A stretch of 32,944 nt of DNA from a virus (taxonomy: Duplodnaviria > Heunggongvirae > Uroviricota > Caudoviricetes): IMG/VR virus record IMGVR_UViG_2648501787_000007. One strand, written 5' to 3'. Each line of letters begins with the position of its first letter. Within the stretch, counting starts at the first letter, position 1. Below the pieces are notes generated by a model that was not told the origin of the DNA, made no database searches, and worked only from the letters and a program-made list of their open reading frames with translations. Positions 22,603 through 31,012 of the stretch are shown one piece after another. Both the position numbers and the translations under genes were made by a program.

Positions 22603-22889
22603 GCCTTGATTACCCCCTCTTTCAGCCAGATAACCTGCGTTCTCGCCATACCTTCCAGCGCGCATTCTTTTGCGTACTCAGCATCGACAAAATGCGTGCG
22701 GCGGTCGATTTCGTCGTGACAGGCAGAACAGGCAATGGTGGCAATAAGGTCTGGCGGTTTAATACCGGTGCCGCACAATCCAGCCAGCCGGATATGTGCC
22801 AGTACAGACGTTTCAGGGTTGCCATTACATACGCCAGGGATTCTTACCTGGCATTCCCGACCACGCGCTGCTTTTCTCAAATCAGCCAT
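22599..22889 (-). CDS. ybcO: YbcO-like DUF1364 putative nuclease
   Basis: From internal Met: [64 protein letters not shown]..., matches DLP12 YbcO (96 aa). Confidence 0.85.
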   Translation of the reverse strand: MADLRKAARGRECQVRIPGVCNGNPETSVLAHIRLAGLCGTGIKPPDLIATIACSACHDEIDRRTHFVDAEYAKECALEGMARTQVIWLKEGVIKA

Positions 22890-23052
22890 GATTCCTCCTT
22901 GCTGCCAGTCGCAACCATTTTTTATCAACCAGGCTGGCGGTATATCCGAGCAGTGTTGGTATTTCGGAAGGCTTCAGCTCAGGTTTACGCTTACGACGAT
23001 TTGGTACTCTGTAAATGTGCCCGTTCATGACACGAATAAGCGGTGTAGCCAT
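22882..23052 (-). CDS. ninE: NinE (56 aa)
   Basis: Manual minus-strand translation [56 protein letters not shown]; ATG overlaps ybcN stop and its stop overlaps the ybcO start; below the ORF-track length cutoff. Confidence 0.7.
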   Translation of the reverse strand: MATPLIRVMNGHIYRVPNRRKRKPELKPSEIPTLLGYTASLVDKKWLRLAARRNHG

Positions 23053-23507
23053 TACGCCTCCTGTTTGTCGCGGAGCTGCTGGAACTCGCAGCTCTGCGGA
23101 ATAGTCAGGTGGCAGCCAATATTCATCGCCCAGGCTTCAACCTTACACAGGAAGACATACATCTCTCCGGTATCAAGATCAGAGGTATGGCGTAACGACT
23201 GGATAGTGGTGATATCACCGGTTACGACATCAACCAGGTCTTTGGTTTCATAACCGAGATATGTGTGTTTGAGAGCATCTTTTACCCAAGCTGGAGTGGC
23301 GAACGTTTTACCCCTGCTGATGAGGTATTCACTGATTTCGCTGTACCACATGTGGCTGAGTGCATTCTGGGAAAGACTGCGTTTCTCACGCCACGGTTTA
23401 AGCACCATGCGAAAGCATTTGCCGTCCTCCAGATAAGGCTGGATCTGCTGACCGATAGCGGTGAAGTTACCGCGATGCAGTTTGATGCCATCTTGTGGTA
23501 GGTTCAC
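23052..23507 (-). CDS. ybcN: YbcN-like protein (DLP12 YbcN homolog, 151 aa)
   Basis: 151-aa [65 protein letters not shown]...; same length and nin-region position as DLP12 YbcN. Confidence 0.75.
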   Translation of the reverse strand: MNLPQDGIKLHRGNFTAIGQQIQPYLEDGKCFRMVLKPWREKRSLSQNALSHMWYSEISEYLISRGKTFATPAWVKDALKHTYLGYETKDLVDVVTGDITTIQSLRHTSDLDTGEMYVFLCKVEAWAMNIGCHLTIPQSCEFQQLRDKQEA

Positions 23508-24063
23508 GCTTCACCTCCACAGAGGTCAGACGCTGGATGCAAAAAAACGCAGGTGCATTTCTGCATCTGTGAATGGAGAAGAGAGTTTGGATTGTATGTG
23601 CGCATAAACGTCCCCGTTTAGCGCAGAAGTCACCGGAGTTGTTCAGGCTCCGATGACATTATTATGGCATTTTGATTATTGGATCTCAATTTTGTATTGT
23701 TAAATTAGATGATTAGTTTCACAAATTAATAATTTCAGTCTAACATCATGTTAGCAAACAGTAAAAATGATGAATGTTGTAACAAAGGGTGTTAAAACAT
23801 TTAACAAACGTTCATCTCAACCATAAAAACTCAAAAAGAAAACAACCCCAATATAATAAACAGCCCATCAAAATAGCAGTTCATAATTTAATCTTGACCA
23901 TAAGCTTATTCTAAATAGCATGCCCCCTACAAGAAAATGCAGGGAGCTTGCATTGTGATATTATTATTTCATTAACATCAAATACGTTAAATATAACTCA
24001 CGAGTTCAACAACATCTCAATATTGGGAAAAATCACCAAATTAAAAAATAACCCCATAAAGAA

Positions 24064-24087
24064 CTCCAAATCATTAAAAATTTGGAG
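24064..24087 (-). terminator. Intrinsic terminator-like hairpin just after the HAD gene stop
   Basis: 8-bp stem CTCCAAAT/ATTTGGAG with 8-nt loop, followed on the minus strand by TTCTTTAT. Confidence 0.35.
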
Positions 24088-24098
24088 CCTGCACATGC

Positions 24099-24935
24099 TC
24101 ATTTCAAATTCAGCAGCTCTGAAAAACTATTAACAACATAATCAGGTCTAACATTGGAGAATGCTTTTCTAAGTTGTTCCTCCCTCTCCACATCTGCATC
24201 TTTCCAGTGTGTGATTTTCACTAAAACTTTCCACAATTCAGGTGAAAACTGTCGCCCATAATTAGCCCAAACAGCAGTAACCCCCACAGCTTTAGCCATG
24301 GACATATCTTTAGTTATAGAATCGCCAATGTATACCGCATCTTCAACACTAACTCCTTCAAAAGAACATATGTGCTCAAGCAATTTAGGGTTTGGCTTTG
24401 ACTCAGCGCAGGACAATCTAATTACAAAGTCATCCTTCACAGGTATTTTTTTTGCATTTTTGGGATTCGGGTGGATATTATGAATATCTTCTAATGTATA
24501 AAGATGATCAAAAAAATCAATTATACCAAGCTTATTCAGACGATATAAAGAATTAAACTCCAAAGCTTCAGTATGCCCTACAATTTTTACCCCCCGTTTC
24601 TTCAATAATTCCAGCGTTTCTTTTACAGTAGGATACAACATTAATGTCTGGTTACGTTTTGTGCTAAACGCCTGAAAAACATTAGTAAGTTTTTCCTGCA
24701 AAATCGTTTTATCATTAGTTCCAAAGTAAGATATCACAGATGGTAGCTCTAAAGTAGCAAATGGTTTTTCTGAGTTACCAAACTTCTGATGAATTGTTTT
24801 ATATTCTGACAGGAGCGTATCCAAAGGCACATCAATATCCTTAGATAATTGCTCTGCCATGGCACTAAATGACTGGGAGTAAAAACTCACCCAATCGTAC
24901 AGTGTATTATCCAAATCAGTAATAAGTAATTTCAT
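24099..24935 (-). CDS. HAD-superfamily phosphatase/hydrolase
   Basis: 278-aa ORF with HAD motif I DLDNTL (DxDxT) at residues 7-12 and motif IV-like GDSITKD near the C-terminus; AT-rich; start overlaps the upstream gene stop (ATGA). Confidence 0.8.
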   Translation of the reverse strand: MKLLITDLDNTLYDWVSFYSQSFSAMAEQLSKDIDVPLDTLLSEYKTIHQKFGNSEKPFATLELPSVISYFGTNDKTILQEKLTNVFQAFSTKRNQTLMLYPTVKETLELLKKRGVKIVGHTEALEFNSLYRLNKLGIIDFFDHLYTLEDIHNIHPNPKNAKKIPVKDDFVIRLSCAESKPNPKLLEHICSFEGVSVEDAVYIGDSITKDMSMAKAVGVTAVWANYGRQFSPELWKVLVKITHWKDADVEREEQLRKAFSNVRPDYVVNSFSELLNLK

Positions 24936-26578
24936 AATAAACCTTCAACAATATAAGTAGCCGCCACTTTTTCTCCGCTCTGTTTATCAAGCTTGAAAAA
25001 ATTAAAAGTTAGCTTTTCGCCAGAAAAATCCAGTACGCATGCATAGTTAGCACAATCCTGACTTGGCAATTCCGAACTAACAACTCCTGAACTTCCCAAA
25101 GAAACAATTTGGAATGTATGTTCAGGATTTGAATCCGTCACTGGTTCTAACGGAGATAGTTTTTTTGTTATTGTAATAAAACTACTTCTGTGCATATGAC
25201 CATGCAGAATATAATCAACTTTATGCCTTACTACCCAACGTAATAATCGCTCTGCATCTAATGTTACACTATATCTTGAATCAAGATAGGCATCTTCAAC
25301 TTCATTAATAGAAGTTAGGTGATGGTGAAGCATAGCAATTCTTATAACACCTTTCTTTTTGAGTATATCTCCTCCGCTATCATTCATCCATCCCATAGAT
25401 TTTGCAACATCACTGAGTTGTTGCTCACCGACAAATCCCATGCCCAAAAATGAATCTTTTACTTGTTGTAATACGCATGAGTTCAATGCGGCTATTTCAA
25501 CAACTTTATGGCCACCTAGTAAAAATTTCCTTCCTTGTGATAAATTTTCTTCAGGTTCCCTTTGAAAAAAATCTCGATAAAATTTTATATAATTAAGTTT
25601 ACTTTCGCTATGGTAGTTTTCCGCCAGAATTTTCCATGGTTTATCCGTTACAGGCTTACCAACGATTTTAAAGTACTCATCTTTAGAAACCAGACCTACA
25701 TCGTGATTCCCAGGACAAATAATTATATCATCCGTTGTCAGACTAAGAGAAGAACTAACATCTTTGATAAAATTCAAAGCTTGCTCGAATCCCTCTTTCT
25801 GTGACTGCCACGTCAAATCACCTGAAATAGCCAACCCAGCACATTTACTCCCATTATTATATTTTCCAGCCAACTCCACCACTCGAGAGGATAAACATTT
25901 TAGCTGATCATTATCTTGTGTCGGAAATGCATGTTTCCCATTTCCGCCATCAAAATGAATATCCGAAAGCCAAATTATAAACTCCCCTTTTTTTTGGCTA
26001 TACTTCCGACTGAAATTATAAGGAACATAATGAGATGCTAATGACTCATGCTGTAAATCTTTATCATTTGCAGGTCTAATCTTCCAAATAGTTCTATCTT
26101 GTTTTTTTAATTCAGCTGAAGAAAAGACAATTTTGTTGAAAAGTTGCTCATCTAAATCTTTATTACCTGCAAACAATGCATCCAATGGAATATATGTGAA
26201 TTTTTTGAGGATATCACAAGCATCAATTTCTATAATCTCAGAAACATTTAACCATCCCAGCAACTCATTCTCATTATAATATGCTGGGGTTCTGCGACCA
26301 TCCTTAGGAGATTGCTTTTTTATATCCCCTAAAGCTGACGAGCAGGTATCCTTTAATACAGCGGTATAAAATTTAAGCCGCCCTGAATCAAAAAAATATA
26401 TTTGTTTATTTTTTTCTGCCGCATTTTTTAGTTCCAGTGATGGGAAACGCTCACCAGATTTAGCCCACCACCCCCACCAAACATTCCCTTCTTGGCGAGC
26501 AATGTTATTGTGTTGCTCGATGGTAAATCCTTCACTTTTTCCTAGGTCACGGAACCTAAAAATATAGGTTTCACACAT
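24932..26578 (-). CDS. Calcineurin-like metallophosphoesterase with ~190-aa N-terminal domain of unknown function
   Basis: 548-aa ORF with ordered metallophosphoesterase motifs SDIHFDGG, SGDLTW, GNHD, MLHHH, HGHMH; N-terminal region contains VWWGWW and no recognised motif; AT-rich. Confidence 0.8.
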   Translation of the reverse strand: MCETYIFRFRDLGKSEGFTIEQHNNIARQEGNVWWGWWAKSGERFPSLELKNAAEKNKQIYFFDSGRLKFYTAVLKDTCSSALGDIKKQSPKDGRRTPAYYNENELLGWLNVSEIIEIDACDILKKFTYIPLDALFAGNKDLDEQLFNKIVFSSAELKKQDRTIWKIRPANDKDLQHESLASHYVPYNFSRKYSQKKGEFIIWLSDIHFDGGNGKHAFPTQDNDQLKCLSSRVVELAGKYNNGSKCAGLAISGDLTWQSQKEGFEQALNFIKDVSSSLSLTTDDIIICPGNHDVGLVSKDEYFKIVGKPVTDKPWKILAENYHSESKLNYIKFYRDFFQREPEENLSQGRKFLLGGHKVVEIAALNSCVLQQVKDSFLGMGFVGEQQLSDVAKSMGWMNDSGGDILKKKGVIRIAMLHHHLTSINEVEDAYLDSRYSVTLDAERLLRWVVRHKVDYILHGHMHRSSFITITKKLSPLEPVTDSNPEHTFQIVSLGSSGVVSSELPSQDCANYACVLDFSGEKLTFNFFKLDKQSGEKVAATYIVEGLL

Positions 26579-26701
26579 TTACTTCATCCTCAAATGAAAA
26601 TTGCTCTACAATTCTTTTGTTTTATCAGTAAATTATAGTAAATTCAAATAATAAACTCTATCTTTTGAAGTGTGGGAGAGAAGGAAATCACCTCATTACT
26701 T

Positions 26702-27412
26702 TCATCCACTAAACCTTTTCCCTCTACATAATCCATGTTTAGCACGCAATTGTTTAATTTTTTCCAAGCTCTGAACACGATTAAGCGGCCTGCCGCCCAT
26801 GACAGGAAGTTGTTTCACCGGTTCAGGGATCGCTTCACCACGGTTAATTCGCGCGGTCATACAGGACAGTTCATCGGCAGCCATGCGCCGTAATTCCGCG
26901 TCAGTCAACGCATTGGCCCGCATGTTCTGGTACAGGTTGGTAACCAGCCAGTAGTGCGCGTTTGATTTCCATGGATAAGACTCTGCATCTGGATACAGGC
27001 CACGCTTCCGACAATACTCATAGACCATATCAACCAGCTCGCTGACGTTTGGCAGCCCGGCGTTAACGGATGCTTCTTCCCGGCACCAGGCGACAAACTG
27101 CCCGGGTGATGGCAGGAATGGTCGATTCTGCCGACGGGCTACGCGCATTCCAGCGTTAACCTGTTCCATCGTGGTGATCCCATTTTCCCGGAAAGCCAGA
27201 ACCCACTGGCGGCGGATTTCGTTCAGTTCATTCTGGTCCCGGTTAGCCAGGCTCGCCGGGAAAGTTGCCAGTAACTGGCTGAACACACCATTGATAATCT
27301 GCGCTACCTGCTGTACCTGCGGCTTTTCGTCGTACTGTTCCGGCATGTTATTGGCGATCCGGCGCATCTGCTCACGGTCAAAATTAACCATCTGTGCGGC
27401 GATGTTTTTCAT
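26702..27412 (-). CDS. P: Replication protein P (DnaB helicase loader)
   Basis: 236-aa ORF MKNIAAQMVNFDREQMRRIANNMPEQYDEKPQVQQVAQIINGVFSQLLATFPASLANRDQNE..., near-identical to lambda P. Confidence 0.95.
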   Translation of the reverse strand: MKNIAAQMVNFDREQMRRIANNMPEQYDEKPQVQQVAQIINGVFSQLLATFPASLANRDQNELNEIRRQWVLAFRENGITTMEQVNAGMRVARRQNRPFLPSPGQFVAWCREEASVNAGLPNVSELVDMVYEYCRKRGLYPDAESYPWKSNAHYWLVTNLYQNMRANALTDAELRRMAADELSCMTARINRGEAIPEPVKQLPVMGGRPLNRVQSLEKIKQLRAKHGLCRGKRFSG

Positions 27413-28338
27413 AGCTCCACCCCGTAAATCCAGTCAGTGTTCGTCAGGTCGAGTTTTGGTTTTCCGGCTGTCACGCCAGCCTGTTGCTTGTTACGGTTGA
27501 TTTCGAGCTGGGTCCACTTGTCGCGTAGTTTGGCCGGACTCAGCACGTTACCGGACCAGAAGTTGTCCTGGCAGGCCCAGCGGAACAGCACGCACATGTC
27601 GCGGTGGTTACGTCCGTCACGTTCACGCATCAGGCGGATATCGTTAGCCCACCCTGCAAAATTCGGTTTTCTGGCTGATGGCGCGATGGTCTTCACCATG
27701 TCAAACATCCACTCTGCGGCAGTCAGGTCTTCTGCTGTCCCCCACTTGCTGCCGCTCTGAATCGCAGCATCCGGTTTCACCACAGGAAGGGCATTTTCTG
27801 GCTGGTCAGAGGATTCGTCAGAATTCTCGGACGAAAAAGGTTTTATATTGTCTTTTGTTAGTTTGTCTTTTGTGTTTACCTGATTCGGGTAAGTGCCTTT
27901 ACCTGATTTGGGTAAACTTTTCTTACCTGATTCAGGTAAATTTACCTCTTTCAGGTAAACTTTATTTTTCTTACCTGATTCGGGTAATGTTGACCATTCA
28001 CTGACCACATTATTGATGCCGATATTCCGCCCGCTCTGAATAAGAATCCCACGCTTTACCAGAACACTTTTTGCAGCAGAACACTTGTGCGGCAATATCC
28101 CGGTTAATTCGGAAAGTTGCTCGTTGCTAACCCAATCCAGTTTTTTATTAAAGCCATATGTTTTGCGCATGACAGCCAGAAAGACCAGAAGCTGGTGCTG
28201 TGTTAATCCGGCCAGCATCACAGCTTCCAGCAACTCATTTGCAATGCGCGTATAACCATCATCGAGATCTGCCACGCGCGGCTCCTTTTGTGCCGCATCC
28301 GGCACTGGAAAATTGAATATCTCAGCAGTGTTTGCCAT
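27409..28338 (-). CDS. O: Replication initiator O (start taken at MANTAEIF with GGAGG Shine-Dalgarno; ORF open to 28428)
   Basis: ORF contains ...VADLDDGY...KTYG(F/W)NK...SEW... resembling lambda O; the ori iterons lie inside the gene. Confidence 0.9.
   Translation of the reverse strand: MANTAEIFNFPVPDAAQKEPRVADLDDGYTRIANELLEAVMLAGLTQHQLLVFLAVMRKTYGFNKKLDWVSNEQLSELTGILPHKCSAAKSVLVKRGILIQSGRNIGINNVVSEWSTLPESGKKNKVYLKEVNLPESGKKSLPKSGKGTYPNQVNTKDKLTKDNIKPFSSENSDESSDQPENALPVVKPDAAIQSGSKWGTAEDLTAAEWMFDMVKTIAPSARKPNFAGWANDIRLMRERDGRNHRDMCVLFRWACQDNFWSGNVLSPAKLRDKWTQLEINRNKQQAGVTAGKPKLDLTNTDWIYGVEL
27875..27986. repeat. Replication origin iterons: five copies of a 17-bp palindromic O-binding site TTACCTGATTCGGGTAA, followed by an AT-rich tract
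   Basis: Direct repeats at about 27875, 27898, 27922, 27941 and 27970 with 1-4 mismatches, inside the O coding sequence as in lambda ori. Confidence 0.8.
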
Positions 28339-28424
28339 AATTCCTCCCGCAATGAGTGTGTTACGATTTGCACCTGAAAGTCGGTTCTGTTCGCGCAGAC
28401 CGGCTTTCGCCATTTCCGAACCTG

Positions 28425-28970
28425 TCATATTGCCCCCAGCATGGTGGTGACCATCGCCATCAGTGGACCAGCCAGATCCGGGTCCACACGAAACATCGAC
28501 ACAATGCCTTCACTCATCTCCTTCAGTTTCTGGTGGCGTGGTGCGTTGAGAATGACAGCCTGTTTTGCCTCACTGAGTTCCTTTTCCATTTCAGCCAGCC
28601 GAGCCATGAAGCTATCCTGCTCAACCAGGTGGCCGCGATATTCCAGCGGTAGTACCGCCAGAATTGCCGGGGTCAGTTCACGCACGTTATTTCGGTATTT
28701 TTCAGAATCGAATTTGTTATCGAGGAAGCGGAACAGCTTCTGGCGTGCACGGCTGACATCATCAGGGAAATCGATGGTGCCGCCGCCCTGCTCCCGATAC
28801 TCATTCACAATGAGTGCGGCAACAACATCCTGATTATCTGCAGCCGACCAGGCGCGGACGGCATCACGGATTTTTTCGTGGCCTGGAGCTTGTTTTGTTT
28901 GAGAACGATTTATCACCGCAGTCGGGCTAAATCCGCTAGTCTGTTGGTATGTAAGTGGTTGCATAGTCAT
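28425..28970 (-). CDS. YdaT-like protein at the cII position (Rac-type immunity region)
   Basis: 181-aa ORF with EYREQGGG and TPAILAVLPLEYRGHL segments resembling Rac YdaT as recalled (uncertain recall); stop overlaps the O ORF start. Confidence 0.5.
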   Translation of the reverse strand: MTMQPLTYQQTSGFSPTAVINRSQTKQAPGHEKIRDAVRAWSAADNQDVVAALIVNEYREQGGGTIDFPDDVSRARQKLFRFLDNKFDSEKYRNNVRELTPAILAVLPLEYRGHLVEQDSFMARLAEMEKELSEAKQAVILNAPRHQKLKEMSEGIVSMFRVDPDLAGPLMAMVTTMLGAI

Positions 28971-28994
28971 TGCCTTATCAGTTAACGCCGCAGA

Positions 28995-29222
28995 TTAGGC
29001 GGCAGAATTACTCGCGTTAAACAATGGTGCGAGGTCGGGACGAATATCTGCTGGTTTAATCTTTCCACCAGTGGCTGAGACAATTTTCATTACATAGCGG
29101 GCATCAATTCCGCCACCGTGTAGCCAACGCCAAACAGTGGGCTGGGCTACACCGCATAGATCTGCCAGTCGCTTTTGACTACCTGTAATACTGATTGCGA
29201 GTTGAATGGTTTGATTTGTCAT
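28995..29222 (-). CDS. Cro-like repressor (YdaS-type HTH), ATG at 29222
   Basis: MTNQTIQLAISITGSQKRLADLCGVAQPTVWRWLHGGGIDARYVMKIVSATGGKIKPADIRPDL...; divergent from the cI-like gene across an operator region; the ORF track starts at TTG 29228. Confidence 0.6.
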   Translation of the reverse strand: MTNQTIQLAISITGSQKRLADLCGVAQPTVWRWLHGGGIDARYVMKIVSATGGKIKPADIRPDLAPLFNASNSAA

Positions 29223-29228
29223 TATCAA

Positions 29229-29296
29229 TTCCTATTGGTATTGCAATGAATGAATAATAGCAATGAGTATTAATCCAAGCAATAGCAAAACGTGTT
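29229..29296. promoter_or_regulatory. Right operator region (OR-like) with three related sites ATTGCAAT / ATAGCAAT / ATAGCAAA between cro-like and cI-like genes
   Basis: Repeats at about 29240, 29257 and 29282; the same CAATAGCAAT core recurs at the OL-like region near 31678 and 31703. Confidence 0.5.
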
Positions 29297-29323
29297 TTGA
29301 CCATCAATACGCAAGCGTATAAA
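29296..29323 (+). promoter_or_regulatory. Promoter for the cI-like gene (-35 TTTGAC/TTGACC, -10 TATAAA), giving a near-leaderless transcript
   Basis: TTTGACCATCAATACGCAAGCGTATAAAT ends about 10 nt before the ATG at 29333, with no Shine-Dalgarno. Confidence 0.45.
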
Positions 29324-29332
29324 TTAAAACTT

Positions 29333-30025
29333 ATGAAAAAAGAAACTCTTGCTGATCGCTTAAACCTAGCGATGGAACAATCTGGAATGTCTCAAGGCGC
29401 TCTTGCAAAGGCGTCTGGCGTAGCTCAACCCACAATCTGGAGACTGACAAGCGGCAACGCGCGCGGCTCAACAAAAATTGTTGAAATAGCTAATGCATTG
29501 GGTGTTCGAACAGAATGGCTCTCATCAGGCATAGGCCCGATGAGAAATGACGGTCAACAATCAGGGAAGCCTGCTGTCAGCCATTCCAAATACTTCAAAA
29601 TTGACGTTCTTGATATAGAAGTCAGTGCCGGGCCGGGAGTCATCAACCGTGAGTTTGTAGAAGTTCTACGCTCGGTTGAGTACTCGTTTGACGATGCTCG
29701 TCACATGTTCGATGGCAGGAAGGCAGAAAATATCCGCATCATTAACGTGCGTGGTGACAGCATGTCAGGAACGATCGAACCAGGTGATCTGCTGTTCGTT
29801 GATATCACGGTTAAATCTTTCGACGGTGATGGTATCTATGCATTTCTGTACGACGACACCGCCCATGTAAAGCGCCTGCAAATGATGAAGGATAAACTGC
29901 TGGTTATCTCTGATAACAAGAGCTACTCACCGTGGGATCCTATCGAGAAAGACGAGATGAACCGGGTGTTTATCTTCGGGAAAGTTATTGGGAGCATGCC
30001 GCAGACCTACAGGAAGCATGGGTAG
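29333..30025 (+). CDS. CI-type prophage repressor (N-terminal HTH plus C-terminal S24 LexA-like autopeptidase)
   Basis: MKKETLADRLNLAMEQSGMSQGALAKASGVAQPTIWRL... HTH, then GDSM (catalytic Ser) and a conserved Lys in HVKRLQ; the ORF track starts at an upstream TTG 29297. Confidence 0.85.
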   Translation: MKKETLADRLNLAMEQSGMSQGALAKASGVAQPTIWRLTSGNARGSTKIVEIANALGVRTEWLSSGIGPMRNDGQQSGKPAVSHSKYFKIDVLDIEVSAGPGVINREFVEVLRSVEYSFDDARHMFDGRKAENIRIINVRGDSMSGTIEPGDLLFVDITVKSFDGDGIYAFLYDDTAHVKRLQMMKDKLLVISDNKSYSPWDPIEKDEMNRVFIFGKVIGSMPQTYRKHG

Positions 30026-30060
30026 GTAGTATGTAAAGAATTACCTTTGGTTGATTTGTA

Positions 30061-30090
30061 ATAGCTACCGATTACGTTATCGGTAGCTAT
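30061..30090 (+). terminator. Perfect 12-bp stem hairpin (ATAGCTACCGAT-TACGTT-ATCGGTAGCTAT) 36 nt after the cI stop; terminator/attenuator or RNA processing site
   Basis: Inverted repeat read directly; followed by AAGAAATTTTTATGTCTTT. Confidence 0.35.
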
Positions 30091-30364
30091 AAGAAATTTT
30101 TATGTCTTTACTGTGTTTATTTATTCAATACTAGTTGGACTATAGCAATGAAAGATAACAGACAAAACTATACTTTTTGGGCAACTGGTTTTATTTGAAA
30201 AAGACAAAAGCCAGTCTCTATTAGAGCTTAGTGATAATGTTAAATTTTATGACATTAACTCCATCACGTCTAATGATATAATTATTGATGGAGATAAACG
30301 TAGTGACAAAAAAAGAGAGTTTGTAGATTCAATTTTATATTTTGGTGTACTAAACAACCATGTC

Positions 30365-30991
30365 ATGATCGTTCAATCCACATCGCTTCGAGCAAGGGAG
30401 CTTGAGGCGCATTTGAATTGGCTAATTAATACATTCACAGATGAAAAAGAATCTGTGTTAATGCTTCAAGATAAGCCATCCGAAGAAACGATGAAAAAAA
30501 TGGAGAAAGCACCAGCCAAGAGCATAAAAATTGGTGGATTACCCATTACTTCAGAAGTTAAAAATTCAGAGAACCAAACACCCTCCTTTTCAAATGGTTC
30601 GGTGAAGACAATAAAATACCGCCCAATAGGGAAAGGAGGTGCGCTACTAAAAGCATTTTTTGGCGATAACTGGGCAAATGATATAAACATTAAAGATTCA
30701 TTAGATGAGGCCAATTTACAAGTAAGCCTCGAGATTACATACTTCAGAAAAACAAATGATAGCGGTCAAGCTGTTATAGACAGTATTGCTACCTCACTAC
30801 GACATCTAGATGAGGATGATATTAGCATCAAACTTCAAGGCGGTGGGGAAATAACGGGAAAAGAGATAAAATTATCCGGAAAAATTAGCGTTGAACATAA
30901 CAATGGCATTATTGATGAAAATGATTTATTCTTAAAAATGCATAAGTGGCTGTTCTCAAAACTTGATGCCGGAGAATTGGTTGCAAAATAA
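30365..30991 (+). CDS. Hypothetical cytoplasmic protein in the rexA position; frame is open upstream to 30152 and may be a frameshifted ~280-aa gene starting at ATG 30148
   Basis: 208-aa ORF MIVQSTSLRARELEAHLNWLINTFTDEKESVLMLQDK...; AT-rich; no Shine-Dalgarno before 30365; 71 stop-free in-frame codons upstream. Confidence 0.5.
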   Translation: MIVQSTSLRARELEAHLNWLINTFTDEKESVLMLQDKPSEETMKKMEKAPAKSIKIGGLPITSEVKNSENQTPSFSNGSVKTIKYRPIGKGGALLKAFFGDNWANDINIKDSLDEANLQVSLEITYFRKTNDSGQAVIDSIATSLRHLDEDDISIKLQGGGEITGKEIKLSGKISVEHNNGIIDENDLFLKMHKWLFSKLDAGELVAK

Positions 30992-31012
30992 CCTACCAAA
31001 AGGAGGGCGATA

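Noticed and set aside
23948-24133. 61-aa plus-strand ORF in the AT-rich spacer
   Set aside because: Low-complexity Asn/Ile/Lys-rich translation typical of AT-rich non-coding DNA; overlaps the 3' end of the HAD gene on the other strand
24932-26578. Lambda NinI (Ser/Thr protein phosphatase) ortholog
   Set aside because: Lambda phosphatase is ~221 aa with PP1-type motifs (GDLHG / GDLVDRG / GNHE) and lies near Q; this protein is 548 aa with different motif variants, an extra N-terminal domain and a different position
27875-27986. Possible CRISPR array, considered because of regularly spaced direct repeats
   Set aside because: Repeats are 17-bp palindromes with variable 2-12 bp gaps lying inside the O gene, which fits lambda-type ori iterons; no cas genes and no unique spacers
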